Positions 1 through 9,343 of a DNA stretch of 32,000 nucleotides are shown one piece after another. The translations under genes and the position numbers were made by a program. The notes beneath the pieces are model-generated. The model did no database searches, had not been told where the DNA came from, and saw nothing but the letters and a program-made list of their open reading frames with translations. Positions within the stretch are counted from its first letter, which is position 1, and every line of letters starts with the position of its first letter. This DNA comes from Mycobacterium tuberculosis H37Rv (GTDB lineage Bacteria; Actinomycetota; Actinomycetes; Mycobacteriales; Mycobacteriaceae), in contig NC_000962.3 in NCBI RefSeq assembly GCF_000195955.2, forward strand, positions 3,000,001-3,032,000. The letters are read 5' to 3'.

Positions 1-111
1 CCCAGCATGCGGCCGCCGATCAAAAGGGCCGAACCACTTTGATAGCGTCGGTGGCCGGCGCGCCGGGAAGCCTGGTCGGCGACTCATTGTCATCCAACTC
101 CGGAGTTCGAT

Positions 112-609
112 ATGAAGGTAAACATCGACCCAACCGCGCCCACCTTTGCGACGTATCGTCGGGATATGCGTGCCGAGCAAATGGCGGAGGACTATCCCGT
201 CGTAAGCATCGATTCCGACGCGCTGGATGCTGCCCGCATGCTCGCAGAGCATCGTCTGCCTGGACTATTGGTCACCGCCGGAGCGGGCAAACAGTATGCG
301 GTACTCCCTGCCTCACAGGTCGTGCGCTTCATCGTGCCCCGCTATGTGCAAGACGATCCCTTACTGGCCGGTGTGCTCAACGAATCGACGGCCGACCGGT
401 GCGCCGAGAGATTGAGCGGCAAAAAGGTCCGCGACGTGTTGCCTGACCACCTGGTCGAGGTTCCCCCGGCTAACGCCGACGACACCATCATCGAGGTGGC
501 CGCGGTGATGGCACGGCTGCGCAGCCCATTGCTCGCGGTGGTCAAAGACGGCTCGCTGCTCGGGGTGGTCACCGCATCGCGCCTGCTTGCTGCGGCACTG
601 AAGACTTGA
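112..609 (+). CDS. Stand-alone CBS-pair domain protein (Rv2683-like)
   Basis: 165-aa ORF. The ATG is preceded by GGAG 7 nt upstream (ccggagttcgatATG). Two CBS-like modules are present ([25 protein letters not shown] and [29 protein letters not shown]). The stop lies 4 nt before the next gene's start. Confidence 0.85.
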   Translation: MKVNIDPTAPTFATYRRDMRAEQMAEDYPVVSIDSDALDAARMLAEHRLPGLLVTAGAGKQYAVLPASQVVRFIVPRYVQDDPLLAGVLNESTADRCAERLSGKKVRDVLPDHLVEVPPANADDTIIEVAAVMARLRSPLLAVVKDGSLLGVVTASRLLAAALKT

Positions 610-613
610 CCTC

Positions 614-1903
614 GTGAGCGTCGTCGCGGTCACCATCTTCGTGGCGGCCTACGTTCTGATTGCCAGCGATCGCGTCAACAAGACGATGGTGGCGCTGACC
701 GGCGCGGCGGCCGTGGTCGTCCTACCAGTGATCACATCCCACGACATCTTCTATTCCCACGACACCGGAATCGACTGGGACGTCATTTTCTTGTTGGTGG
801 GCATGATGATCATCGTCGGAGTGCTGCGGCAGACGGGGGTGTTCGAATACACCGCGATCTGGGCCGCCAAGCGCGCCCGCGGCTCGCCGCTACGCATCAT
901 GATCCTGCTGGTATTGGTGAGCGCGTTGGCGTCAGCCTTGCTGGATAACGTCACCACGGTGTTGTTGATCGCGCCGGTCACGCTATTGGTGTGCGACCGG
1001 TTAAACATCAACACGACGTCGTTCCTGATGGCCGAAGTCTTCGCCTCCAACATTGGTGGCGCCGCGACGTTGGTGGGTGACCCGCCGAACATCATCGTGG
1101 CCAGCCGGGCGGGATTGACGTTCAACGACTTCATGCTGCACTTGACACCGCTGGTAGTCATTGTGCTGATCGCCCTCATCGCTGTGCTGCCCCGCCTGTT
1201 CGGCTCGATCACGGTCGAAGCCGATCGAATTGCCGATGTCATGGCGCTCGACGAGGGTGAAGCCATCCGCGACCGCGGACTGCTGGTCAAATGTGGCGCC
1301 GTGCTGGTGCTGGTGTTCGCGGCCTTCGTCGCCCATCCGGTGCTGCACATCCAGCCTTCTCTAGTGGCGCTGCTGGGCGCTGGGATGCTGATCGTGGTCT
1401 CGGGTCTGACGCGATCCGAGTATCTATCCAGCGTCGAGTGGGACACGCTGCTGTTTTTCGCCGGGCTGTTCATTATGGTCGGAGCGCTGGTCAAGACCGG
1501 TGTCGTCAACGATCTCGCGCGGGCAGCGACCCAGCTGACCGGCGGCAATATTGTGGCCACCGCGTTCCTAATCCTCGGCGTCTCCGCCCCGATCTCGGGA
1601 ATTATCGACAACATTCCCTACGTCGCCACGATGACGCCCCTCGTCGCGGAGCTGGTCGCGGTCATGGGGGGTCAACCCAGCACCGACACCCCCTGGTGGG
1701 CGCTGGCCCTGGGTGCCGACTTCGGCGGCAACCTGACCGCAATCGGCGCCAGCGCGAACGTCGTCATGCTCGGAATCGCCCGGCGCGCAGGAGCTCCCAT
1801 CTCGTTCTGGGAGTTCACCCGCAAAGGGGCGGTGGTCACGGCCGTCTCGATCGCGCTCGCGGCGATCTACCTGTGGTTGCGGTACTTCGTGTTGTTGCAC
1901 TGA
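614..1903 (+). CDS. arsA: ArsB/NhaD (ion transporter superfamily) integral membrane permease, annotated arsA in M. tuberculosis; not an ArsA ATPase
   Basis: 429-aa ORF, hydrophobic throughout with many predicted TM helices. Conserved [15 protein letters not shown] and [10 protein letters not shown] motifs are shared with the downstream paralogue. GTG start 4 nt after the upstream stop. Confidence 0.9.
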   Translation: MSVVAVTIFVAAYVLIASDRVNKTMVALTGAAAVVVLPVITSHDIFYSHDTGIDWDVIFLLVGMMIIVGVLRQTGVFEYTAIWAAKRARGSPLRIMILLVLVSALASALLDNVTTVLLIAPVTLLVCDRLNINTTSFLMAEVFASNIGGAATLVGDPPNIIVASRAGLTFNDFMLHLTPLVVIVLIALIAVLPRLFGSITVEADRIADVMALDEGEAIRDRGLLVKCGAVLVLVFAAFVAHPVLHIQPSLVALLGAGMLIVVSGLTRSEYLSSVEWDTLLFFAGLFIMVGALVKTGVVNDLARAATQLTGGNIVATAFLILGVSAPISGIIDNIPYVATMTPLVAELVAVMGGQPSTDTPWWALALGADFGGNLTAIGASANVVMLGIARRAGAPISFWEFTRKGAVVTAVSIALAAIYLWLRYFVLLH

Positions 1904-1982
1904 CCATCTGTATTGCCGACAGACCTGTAGCACCAGACGACGCCGCGATGAGCGGCCTACGAGAAGATTCGGAGGATGGCCG

Positions 1983-3269
1983 ATGAGCATCATCGCCATC
2001 ACGGTGTTCGTAGCCGGCTATGCACTTATCGCAAGCGACCGAGTCAGCAAGACCCGGGTGGCACTGACGTGCGCGGCGATCATGGTCGGCGCCGGGATCG
2101 TCGGATCGGACGACGTGTTCTACTCGCACGAAGCCGGAATCGATTGGGACGTCATCTTTCTGCTCTTGGGCATGATGATCATCGTCAGCGTGCTTCGGCA
2201 CACCGGCGTCTTCGAATACGTCGCGATTTGGGCCGTCAAACGCGCAAACGCCGCGCCGTTGCGCATCATGATCCTGCTGGTGCTGGTGACCGCGCTGGGG
2301 TCGGCCCTGCTGGACAACGTCACCACGGTGTTGTTGATCGCGCCGGTGACGCTACTGGTATGTGATCGACTGGGGGTCAATTCCACGCCGTTTTTGGTGG
2401 CCGAAGTCTTCGCGTCCAATGTCGGCGGCGCGGCCACGCTGGTCGGCGACCCGCCGAACATCATCATCGCCAGCCGGGCGGGACTGACGTTCAACGACTT
2501 CCTGATCCACATGGCCCCGGCCGTGCTCGTCGTCATGATCGCCCTGATCGGTCTGCTGCCCTGGCTGCTGGGCTCCGTCACTGCCGAGCCCGACCGAGTT
2601 GCCGACGTGCTGTCGCTCAACGAGCGCGAAGCCATCCACGATCGCGGGCTGCTCATCAAGTGCGGTGTCGTCTTGGTGCTGGTGTTTGCGGCCTTCATCG
2701 CTCATCCGGTGCTGCACATCCAGCCGTCTCTGGTGGCGCTGCTGGGCGCCGGTGTGCTCGTACGGTTCTCGGGGCTGGAGCGATCCGACTACCTGTCCAG
2801 CGTCGAGTGGGACACCCTGCTGTTCTTCGCCGGGCTGTTCGTCATGGTGGGGGCCCTGGTGAAGACCGGTGTCGTCGAGCAACTGGCGCGGGCAGCAACC
2901 GAGCTGACCGGCGGCAACGAGTTACTCACAGTCGGTTTGATTCTCGGCATCTCGGCACCGGTGTCCGGCATCATCGACAACATCCCCTACGTCGCCACGA
3001 TGACGCCCATCGTGACCGAACTGGTCGCCGCGATGCCGGGCCACGTCCACCCCGACACGTTCTGGTGGGCACTGGCGCTAAGCGCCGACTTCGGCGGCAA
3101 CCTGACCGCCGTGGCAGCCAGCGCCAATGTCGTCATGCTCGGAATCGCCCGGCGCTCGGGCACTCCCATCTCGTTCTGGAAGTTCACCCGCAAGGGCGCG
3201 GTGGTGACCGCGGTCTCGCTCGTGTTGTCGGCGGTCTACCTGTGGCTGCGGTACTTCGTGTTCGGCTAA
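1983..3269 (+). CDS. arsB1: ArsB/NhaD-type integral membrane permease, tandem paralogue of the preceding gene
   Basis: 428-aa ORF, colinear with the 614..1903 product and roughly three-quarters identical by eye. SD ggagg lies 7 nt upstream (ggaggatggccgATG). Confidence 0.9.
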   Translation: MSIIAITVFVAGYALIASDRVSKTRVALTCAAIMVGAGIVGSDDVFYSHEAGIDWDVIFLLLGMMIIVSVLRHTGVFEYVAIWAVKRANAAPLRIMILLVLVTALGSALLDNVTTVLLIAPVTLLVCDRLGVNSTPFLVAEVFASNVGGAATLVGDPPNIIIASRAGLTFNDFLIHMAPAVLVVMIALIGLLPWLLGSVTAEPDRVADVLSLNEREAIHDRGLLIKCGVVLVLVFAAFIAHPVLHIQPSLVALLGAGVLVRFSGLERSDYLSSVEWDTLLFFAGLFVMVGALVKTGVVEQLARAATELTGGNELLTVGLILGISAPVSGIIDNIPYVATMTPIVTELVAAMPGHVHPDTFWWALALSADFGGNLTAVAASANVVMLGIARRSGTPISFWKFTRKGAVVTAVSLVLSAVYLWLRYFVFG

Positions 3270-3279
3270 GCGCCAACGC

Positions 3280-4038
3280 TCACGCGTGCTTAGCGCGAAA
3301 GCGCCGAAACAGCACCCAGACGATGGCCAGGTTGTAGACGGCACCCCCGACGAGATACGGCCACCAGGTGCCGTGATCGCTGGCGACCCAAAATGCCTTG
3401 GCAGCCCAGTACGGTGGTAAGACGCCGAACGCGAGGTTCCAGTTGGAACTGATGAACCACGGCAGGCAGGGCAGCCCGGCGATGAGCATGCCCAGCGCAC
3501 GGACCATCGCCAGGCCCTGAATCTTGTTGTTCGCCACCGCAAGAATCAGCAGCAGCGTGACCACCGCCGACAGGCCGGCCACCAGTCCGATGGGAATCAG
3601 TGAAGACACCAGGCCCGGTTCGAGGATCCCGCTGCACGACATCGTCGCGACGACGTAGATGGTGGTCACCACCATCACGGTGGCCGCACGATAGCCGAAA
3701 AAGACCGACAGCGGCACCGGGGTTACTCGCAGCGCCGTCATCGTGCCCGCGTCTACGTCGTCCAGCACCAAGAACGCGGCCAGCGCACCGGCGACGATGA
3801 TGCTGGTCAACAACAGGAACGCGGTGAGGATCAGTGGGTAGTATCCGACCAGGTCGAATCCATAACGCCGCGCCAGCATCTCGGTGAACAGCGGCGTGAG
3901 CAGCGCGACTCCGGTGGTCCAGATGACCGGTGCGATGACGAGCATGACCAGCAGCGGATCGCGGTAGGTGCCTCGAATGTCGTTGCGGCCGAACGCGGCC
4001 AACGCCCGTGGGCCCGCAAGGCTCGATATCGCTCTCAC
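3280..4038 (-). CDS. ABC-2 type transporter permease (Rv2686c-like, fluoroquinolone efflux system component)
   Basis: The long ORF 3280..4302 is hydrophobic only from about residue 110. A GTG at 4038 forms a GTGA overlap with the stop of the upstream gene (4035..4037), giving 252 aa. The N-terminal 88 aa of the long ORF overlap that gene out of frame and are Arg/Gly/Pro-rich. Confidence 0.75.
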   Translation of the reverse strand: MRAISSLAGPRALAAFGRNDIRGTYRDPLLVMLVIAPVIWTTGVALLTPLFTEMLARRYGFDLVGYYPLILTAFLLLTSIIVAGALAAFLVLDDVDAGTMTALRVTPVPLSVFFGYRAATVMVVTTIYVVATMSCSGILEPGLVSSLIPIGLVAGLSAVVTLLLILAVANNKIQGLAMVRALGMLIAGLPCLPWFISSNWNLAFGVLPPYWAAKAFWVASDHGTWWPYLVGGAVYNLAIVWVLFRRFRAKHA

Positions 4039-4748
4039 AGCACACCCGATCTTTGCACGACATAACGGCCGAATAGCGCCTTGGCCGCCCGGCACAATCC
4101 CGCCGCACACACGATTGGGTAGACCACCGCATACCCGACCTGCCAGGGCGCCAAGCTCACCTGATCGAACGCCGCGCCGAGCAAGAGCAGCGGCCCCTGG
4201 GTGGGGATGAGGTAAAGCACCGGGTTGGGCCACAGGCCGGAGTAGTGCACCACCGGCGGCGCCAGCATGATCGCGAGCGGGATGACCGCCGCCAGGAACC
4301 AATCGGTCACCGAGGCGAACGGCAACGAGGAACTGAAGCCGACCAGCAGCATCAGCAGTGTGCCCAGCACGATGCCGGCCACCAGCGGCAGCAGGTGGTA
4401 ACCAAGCCCGTGAACGATGGTGGCCACGACAACCGCAACGAACAGCGAGATCGCCAGCAGCACAGTTAGTTTGGCAGCCAGGTACTCCCAGAACCGCAGC
4501 GGCGTCGAGACGATCGCGCCGATCGTGCGCTCCTGCTTCTCGAAGAACACGGTCCCGCCGACGAAGAAGAACCCGATGATCGCGATATCACCCACCAGGA
4601 CATAGGGTTCGGCGACCGGGCGCAGGCTGACCGGCATCGGCAGCAGCACTGCCAGCCAAATCAGTCCGGAGAAAACGGCGGCATGCAAGAACTTCTGCCG
4701 CACCTGTAGCGTCAGCTCGAGCCGCAGCGCAGGCACCAACCGGGTCAT
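4035..4748 (-). CDS. ABC-2 type transporter permease (Rv2687c-like)
   Basis: 237-aa multi-TM ORF. Its ATG overlaps the stop of the ATPase gene (ATGA at 4745..4748), indicating translational coupling. Confidence 0.85.
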   Translation of the reverse strand: MTRLVPALRLELTLQVRQKFLHAAVFSGLIWLAVLLPMPVSLRPVAEPYVLVGDIAIIGFFFVGGTVFFEKQERTIGAIVSTPLRFWEYLAAKLTVLLAISLFVAVVVATIVHGLGYHLLPLVAGIVLGTLLMLLVGFSSSLPFASVTDWFLAAVIPLAIMLAPPVVHYSGLWPNPVLYLIPTQGPLLLLGAAFDQVSLAPWQVGYAVVYPIVCAAGLCRAAKALFGRYVVQRSGVL

Positions 4749-5650
4749 GTCAGCTGCCTGCCGGTGACCTCGACGAAGACATCGTCGAGGCTGGCCTCGC
4801 GGCTATGAATGGTCTCGACGTGGTGGTTTCGCAGCACGGAGTGGAACGCCGGGTCGTCGGCAAGGCCGTCCATGCCGAACTCGGCGGTCTCGAGTCCCCC
4901 GCCGTCGCCCCGGTATTCCACCCGCACCCGCCGCCGGCTGCGAGCGATCTTCAGTTCGGTGGGACTGTCCAGTGCGACGATCCTGCCGTCGACGACGAAC
5001 GCCACCCGGTCGCACAGCTCGTCGGCGGTGGCCATGTCGTGCGTGGTGAGAAAGATCGTGCGGCCGCGCGCCTTCAGGTCCACGATGATGTCCTTGATCT
5101 TGCGGGCGTTCACCGGGTCCAGCCCGGAGGTGGGCTCGTCGAGGAACAGCAGCTCCGGGTCGTTGATCAGCGACCTGGCGAAGGGCAGCCGCATCTGCAT
5201 GCCCTTGGAGTACTTGCCCACTAGGGTGTGGGCGTCATCGGCCAGGCCGACGGCGGCCAGCAGCTGCATCGGGTCGGCCGTCGCGCCGGCGTACAGCGAG
5301 GCGAAGAAGCGCAGGTTCTCATACCCGGTGAGCTTTTGGTAGTGGTTGGGCAGCTCGAAGGAGACCCCGATGCGCTCGTAGTAATCGGGTCCCCACTCGG
5401 CCGGCTCTTTGTCCCACACCGTGGCCTGGCCGCCGTGGTCGCGCAGCAGCCCGATGAGAAGCTTCTGGGTGGTGGACTTGCCCGCGCCGCTGGGACCTAG
5501 AAGCCCGAAGATTTCGCCGCGGCCGACGGTGAACTCCATGCCACGCACCGCCGGCTCGGCCGCCTTTGGGTAGCGGAAGGTGAGCCCGCGCACGCGGATC
5601 ACCTCGGTTCCCACACGCGCCGATGCCACAGCACGGTTGAGCGCCGTCAT
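4745..5650 (-). CDS. ABC transporter ATP-binding protein (Rv2688c-like)
   Basis: Walker A GPSGAGKST, signature-like YSKGMQMRL, Walker B LLFLDEPTSGLD and H-loop TTHDM. The ATG at 5650 has GGAG 8 nt upstream (aacggagccaatcATG). An in-frame upstream ATG at 5695 is possible but lacks an SD. Confidence 0.85.
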   Translation of the reverse strand: MTALNRAVASARVGTEVIRVRGLTFRYPKAAEPAVRGMEFTVGRGEIFGLLGPSGAGKSTTQKLLIGLLRDHGGQATVWDKEPAEWGPDYYERIGVSFELPNHYQKLTGYENLRFFASLYAGATADPMQLLAAVGLADDAHTLVGKYSKGMQMRLPFARSLINDPELLFLDEPTSGLDPVNARKIKDIIVDLKARGRTIFLTTHDMATADELCDRVAFVVDGRIVALDSPTELKIARSRRRVRVEYRGDGGGLETAEFGMDGLADDPAFHSVLRNHHVETIHSREASLDDVFVEVTGRQLT

Positions 5651-5844
5651 GATTGGCTCCGTTCCCTTTCGGGCGAGCGCGGTGCGCCGGCTCATCCAAG
5701 TAACCAGAAAGTCACCGCGCCAATGCTGATACCTGGTTCCGACCAGTCTTCCCGGAGCGCCAACCCAAGACTACTAGCTGCGCTGCTGTATACGGAGCAA
5801 CCCACGACGACCACGGGCGAGCTGGTCGAGCAGCTGCATGACCT

Positions 5845-7062
5845 CTACACCTTTCGGGTCAACAGCGCAACGCACTCGACGTAGTGAGTCAGCGGGAACG
5901 CGTCGAACACCTTGATCTTCTCCACGGCGTAACCGTGACCACGGTAGAGGCCGATATCGCGCGCGAAAGACGCCGCTTCGCAACCGATATGTATCAACCG
6001 TGGCACCCCCGCACCGGCCAGCAAGTCGACAACCTCGCGCCCAGCGCCTGATCGCGGTGGATCCAGCACCGCCAGATCCGCGCCGGCGGGTTGCACTGCC
6101 AACACCCGCCGCACCGAACCGGTGACGACCTCCACCTGGGGCAAATCGACCAGCGCGGCACGTGCGGCCCCGGATGCCAGGCGCGAAGTGTCGACGGTCA
6201 ACACCCGTCCGGACTCCCCGACCGCCTCACCCAGCACCGCAGCGAAAACCCCCGCACCACCGTAGAGATCCCAGGCGGTCATGCCGGGGGCGGGCTGAGC
6301 CCAGTCAGCGATCAGATCGCTGTAGACCGCCGCCGCGTCGCGATGCGCCTGCCAAAAGGCCGTTACCGGCACCCGCCAGCTGCGCCGGTGCACACGCTGG
6401 TGGGCGTGGTAGGCGCCCTCCACCACGTTGGTCACGGTTCGGGTCCTATTCCGAGGGCCCTGCCGCACGGAACAGACCACATGGCGCTCGCCGTCGTCGT
6501 CCAGAGCCACGTAAAGCTGGGCTTCCGGCGGCCAGTCAGCCGCTACCAGGCCGTCTAGCATGCCGACAGGCAACTGCCCGCAGTCCAGGTCGGTTACCAG
6601 CTCGCCACTGTGGTAGCGGTGAAAACCTGGACGACGGTCTGCGCCCACGTCGAGCCGGACTCGAATACGCCAACCCGTGGGGCCGGCATCCGACAGCGGT
6701 TGCGCCTCGCCCTGCCAGCTGTGCCGCCCGAGCCGTTCCAGCTGGTTAGCCACAACTTGCGCCTTAAGTGTGCGGGCCGCCTCCGGAGCAGCAAACGCCA
6801 GATCGCAACACCCGGCGCCGTCGGCCCCGGCGATCGAACACAGCGACCCGATCCGGTCGGGCGACGGGTCGATCACCTCGAAAGCCTCTGCGTGCCAGTA
6901 AGAGCCACGTTGCGCGGTCACCCGCGCCCGCACTCGTTCACCGGGCAACGCATAGCGGACGAAAACCACCCGGCCCTCGTGGTGCGCCACGCAGCTACCG
7001 CCGTTCGCGGGCGCTCCGGTGACCAACGTCAGATTCACTGCATCGTCGCCGGCGCGGGTCAC
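5845..7062 (-). CDS. RumA/TrmA-family SAM-dependent RNA (uracil-5) methyltransferase with N-terminal TRAM-like region (Rv2689c-like)
   Basis: SAM motif I DLYGGAGVF, motif IV LDPPRSGAG, catalytic-Cys region HIGCEAASFARD and C-terminal FDAFPLTHYVECVALL. The start is uncertain because the 5' end runs into the 53-bp repeat: candidates are GTG 7038, GTG 7062 and ATG 7149. Confidence 0.8.
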   Translation of the reverse strand: MTRAGDDAVNLTLVTGAPANGGSCVAHHEGRVVFVRYALPGERVRARVTAQRGSYWHAEAFEVIDPSPDRIGSLCSIAGADGAGCCDLAFAAPEAARTLKAQVVANQLERLGRHSWQGEAQPLSDAGPTGWRIRVRLDVGADRRPGFHRYHSGELVTDLDCGQLPVGMLDGLVAADWPPEAQLYVALDDDGERHVVCSVRQGPRNRTRTVTNVVEGAYHAHQRVHRRSWRVPVTAFWQAHRDAAAVYSDLIADWAQPAPGMTAWDLYGGAGVFAAVLGEAVGESGRVLTVDTSRLASGAARAALVDLPQVEVVTGSVRRVLAVQPAGADLAVLDPPRSGAGREVVDLLAGAGVPRLIHIGCEAASFARDIGLYRGHGYAVEKIKVFDAFPLTHYVECVALLTRKV

Positions 7063-7220
7063 TGGCGCCGCTCCTCCCCATCGCTTTGCTCTGCATCGTC
7101 GCCGGCGCGGGTCACTGGCGCCGCTCCTCCCCATCGCTTTGCTCTGCATCGTCGCCGGCGCGGGTCACTGGCGCCGCTCCTCCCCATCGCTTTGCTCTGC
7201 ATCGTCGCCGGCGCGGGTCA
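7036..7220. repeat. MIRU-type 53-bp tandem repeat: 3 full units plus a partial unit; probably VNTR locus MIRU27/QUB-5
   Basis: Unit gcatcgtcgccggcgcgggtcactggcgccgctcctccccatcgctttgctct starts at 7040, 7093 and 7146, identical by eye. A truncated copy runs 7199..7220. Confidence 0.9.
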
Positions 7221-7235
7221 ATCGAAGATGCCCCG

Positions 7236-9209
7236 TCACGTGTCACCGGGAGCCGCGTGCGGCTGTAACGTCTTGATCCGCTCCGACGACGTCAGTTGCC
7301 AAGGCACCGAAGTCACCATCACGCCGGGCATGAACAGCAACCGGCCCTTGAGCCGCAGCGCACTCTGGTTGTGCAGCAGCTGTTCCCACCAGCGCCCCAC
7401 GACATACTCCGGAATGAATACCGTCACCACGGTCCGTGGCGATTCCTTGCTGACCCGCTTGACGTAATCGAGCACCGGCCGGGTGATCTCACGGTACGGC
7501 GAGGCGATGACCTTGAGTGGCACGCTCACATCGCTGTCCTGCCACTGGCGCACCAGCTCGCGGGTTTCCGCATCGTCGACGTTGACCGTCACGGCTTCCA
7601 ACACGTCGGGCCGGGTCGCTCGTGCGTAGGTCAACGCGCGCAACGTCGGCAGGTGCAGCTTCGACACCAGCACGACGGCGTGATTGCGGCTGGGCAACGT
7701 TATCTCGGCTTCCTCGGCCTGTTCCGCCAACTCCCGGTTGACGGCGTCATAGTGCCTGTGGATGAGCTTCATCATCATGAAGAACCCTCCCATGGCGACG
7801 ATCGCGATCCATGCTCCGGCAAGGAATTTCGTTACCAGCACGATGAGCAGGACGGTACCGGTGGACACGAAGCCGACCGTGTTAACCGCGCGGGAGCGCA
7901 GCATCGCGCGACGGGCGCGCGGATCGGTCTCGGCGCTCAGCAACCGGGTCCAGTGCCGGACCATGCCGACCTGACTCATGGTGAACGAGATGAACACACC
8001 GACGATGTACAGCTGGATCAGCGCGGTCAACTCGGCACGAAACGCGACCACCGCCCCGATCGCCGCCGCCGCCAGGAACAGGATTCCGTTGGAGAACGCC
8101 AGCCGGTCCCCACGGGTGTGCAACTGGCGCGGCAGATAGCTGTGCTGCGCCAGCACCGAGCCCAGCACCGGGAAGCCGTTGAAGGCGGTGTTAGCGGCCA
8201 ACACCAGGATCAGCGCTGTCACCGCGGCGATCAGCAAGAACCCCAGGTAAAAGCCCCCGAACACGGCCTGCGCCAGTTGTGCGACCAGCGTCTTTTGCTG
8301 ATAACCCGGCGGGGCGCCCGTCAGCTGGGTGTCCGGATCGTCGACGACCTGGACCCCGGTCTCTACGGCCAGCACGATCATGCCCATAAACATGCTCACC
8401 GCAATGATGCCCAGCATCAGCAGCGTGGTTGCCGCGTTACGCGACTTGGGCTTTTGAAACGCCGGCACCCCGTTGCTGATCGCCTCGACACCCGTCAGCG
8501 CCGCACACCCCGACGAAAACGAGCGCGCCACCAAGAACACCAGCGCGAAACCGACGATCTGGCCGTGCTCTGCGTGCATTTCAAAAGCCGCGGACTCGGC
8601 CCGAACCGGATTGCCCAGCACGAAAATCCGGAACAACCCCCACACGAGCATGGTGCCGATTCCGGCGATGAACGCATAGGTCGGGATCGCGAACGCCAAC
8701 CCGGATTCCCGAACCCCACGCAAGTTCATCGCCATGATCAGCACGATCGCGCCGACGGCAAACAACACCTTGTGCTCGTACACGAACGGGCTCACAGAGC
8801 CGATGTTGGACGCCGCCGACGATATCGAAACAGCAACGGTGAGAACGTAATCCACCATCAGGGCGCTGGCAACCACGAGACCGCCGGTAGCACCCAGGTT
8901 GGTGGTGACAACCTCGTAGTCGCCCCCACCGGAGGGGTAAGCGTGCACGTTCTGCCGGTAACTAGACACCACCACGAGCAGAACCGCGGCGACCGCCAGG
9001 CCGATCAACGGCGCCATCGAATAGGCCGCCAGGCCGGCCACCGAGAGCACCAGAAATATCTCCTCGGGGGCGTAGGCTATCGACGACATCGCATCCGAGG
9101 CGAACACCGGCAAGGCGATCCGCTTGGGCAACAAGGTGTGACTGAGCCGGTCACTGCGAAACGGCCGGCCGATCAGCAACCGACGCGCCGCGGTTGAAAG
9201 TTTGGACAC
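7236..9209 (-). CDS. APC-superfamily permease with C-terminal cytoplasmic domain, KimA-like putative K+ transporter (Rv2690c-like)
   Basis: The 696-aa ORF is trimmed to the GTG at 9209 (657 aa); TACCCT (TANNNT) lies 8 nt upstream of that GTG. Motifs match my memory of B. subtilis KimA: RLLIGRPFRS, SDAMSSIAYAPEEI, SYRQNVHAYPSGGGDY, LMVDYVLTVAVSIS, SSGCAALTGVEAISNGVPAF, LVLAANTAFNGFP, RGDRLAFSNGI and the C-terminal SPYR...LLHNQSA. Confidence 0.85.
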   Translation of the reverse strand: MSKLSTAARRLLIGRPFRSDRLSHTLLPKRIALPVFASDAMSSIAYAPEEIFLVLSVAGLAAYSMAPLIGLAVAAVLLVVVSSYRQNVHAYPSGGGDYEVVTTNLGATGGLVVASALMVDYVLTVAVSISSAASNIGSVSPFVYEHKVLFAVGAIVLIMAMNLRGVRESGLAFAIPTYAFIAGIGTMLVWGLFRIFVLGNPVRAESAAFEMHAEHGQIVGFALVFLVARSFSSGCAALTGVEAISNGVPAFQKPKSRNAATTLLMLGIIAVSMFMGMIVLAVETGVQVVDDPDTQLTGAPPGYQQKTLVAQLAQAVFGGFYLGFLLIAAVTALILVLAANTAFNGFPVLGSVLAQHSYLPRQLHTRGDRLAFSNGILFLAAAAIGAVVAFRAELTALIQLYIVGVFISFTMSQVGMVRHWTRLLSAETDPRARRAMLRSRAVNTVGFVSTGTVLLIVLVTKFLAGAWIAIVAMGGFFMMMKLIHRHYDAVNRELAEQAEEAEITLPSRNHAVVLVSKLHLPTLRALTYARATRPDVLEAVTVNVDDAETRELVRQWQDSDVSVPLKVIASPYREITRPVLDYVKRVSKESPRTVVTVFIPEYVVGRWWEQLLHNQSALRLKGRLLFMPGVMVTSVPWQLTSSERIKTLQPHAAPGDT

Positions 9210-9343
9210 GAGAGCCAAGGGTAGGCCTATCCGAGCGTGGCGGTAGCGTTCCCTAGACGAGAATGTTCGCCGACGTAAATCGGCTGGCCACCGCGGGTTG
9301 CCGATCGCGTACGGCGCACCGGACACAGCCGAGAGGACCTCTA

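Noticed and set aside
751-2698. Long minus-strand ORFs (287 and 192 aa) opposite arsA and arsB1
   Set aside because: They are antisense shadows of hydrophobic membrane-protein genes, with Ser/Thr/Ala/Pro-rich products. They occupy equivalent positions in both paralogues, as expected for frame artefacts.
614-3269. Interpreting arsA/arsB1 as an arsenic-resistance (ars) operon
   Set aside because: No ArsR, ArsC, ArsD or ArsA ATPase gene is nearby. The gene called arsA is a membrane permease. The names are kept only as recognised symbols, and the substrate is treated as unknown.
3265-3294. Short hairpin spanning the 10-bp gap between convergent arsB1 and the ABC-2 permease gene (gctaagcgc...gcgtgcttagc)
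   Set aside because: It has only about 9 pairs including a G-U, with a 10-nt loop, and mostly lies within coding sequence. This is too weak to call a terminator.
4039-4302. N-terminal 88-codon extension of the ABC-2 permease ORF (340-aa version)
   Set aside because: It lies entirely inside the upstream permease gene in another frame and is Gly/Arg/Ala/Pro-rich. The GTGA overlap at 4035..4038 gives a cleaner coupled start.
7036-7220. Possibility that the regular 53-bp repeats are a CRISPR array
   Set aside because: The units are directly contiguous with no unique spacers. There are only about 3.4 copies and no cas genes or leader, so this is a minisatellite.
6610-7467. 285-aa plus-strand ORF crossing the 53-bp repeat, plus smaller repeat-derived ORFs at 7019..7276 and 7086..7268
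   Set aside because: It is antisense to two well-supported genes. Its apparent internal repeats (IVAGAGHWRRSSPSLCSASSPARVTGAAPPHRFALHRRRRGS) are simply translations of the MIRU units.
7296-9197. 633-aa ORF on the plus strand, the longest uninterrupted frame in that interval
   Set aside because: It is fully antisense to the KimA-like permease gene. Its product is extremely Arg/His/Gln/Asp/Pro-rich with no motifs or hydrophobic core, as expected for a shadow frame in high-GC DNA. The minus-strand frame has coherent TM helices and family motifs.
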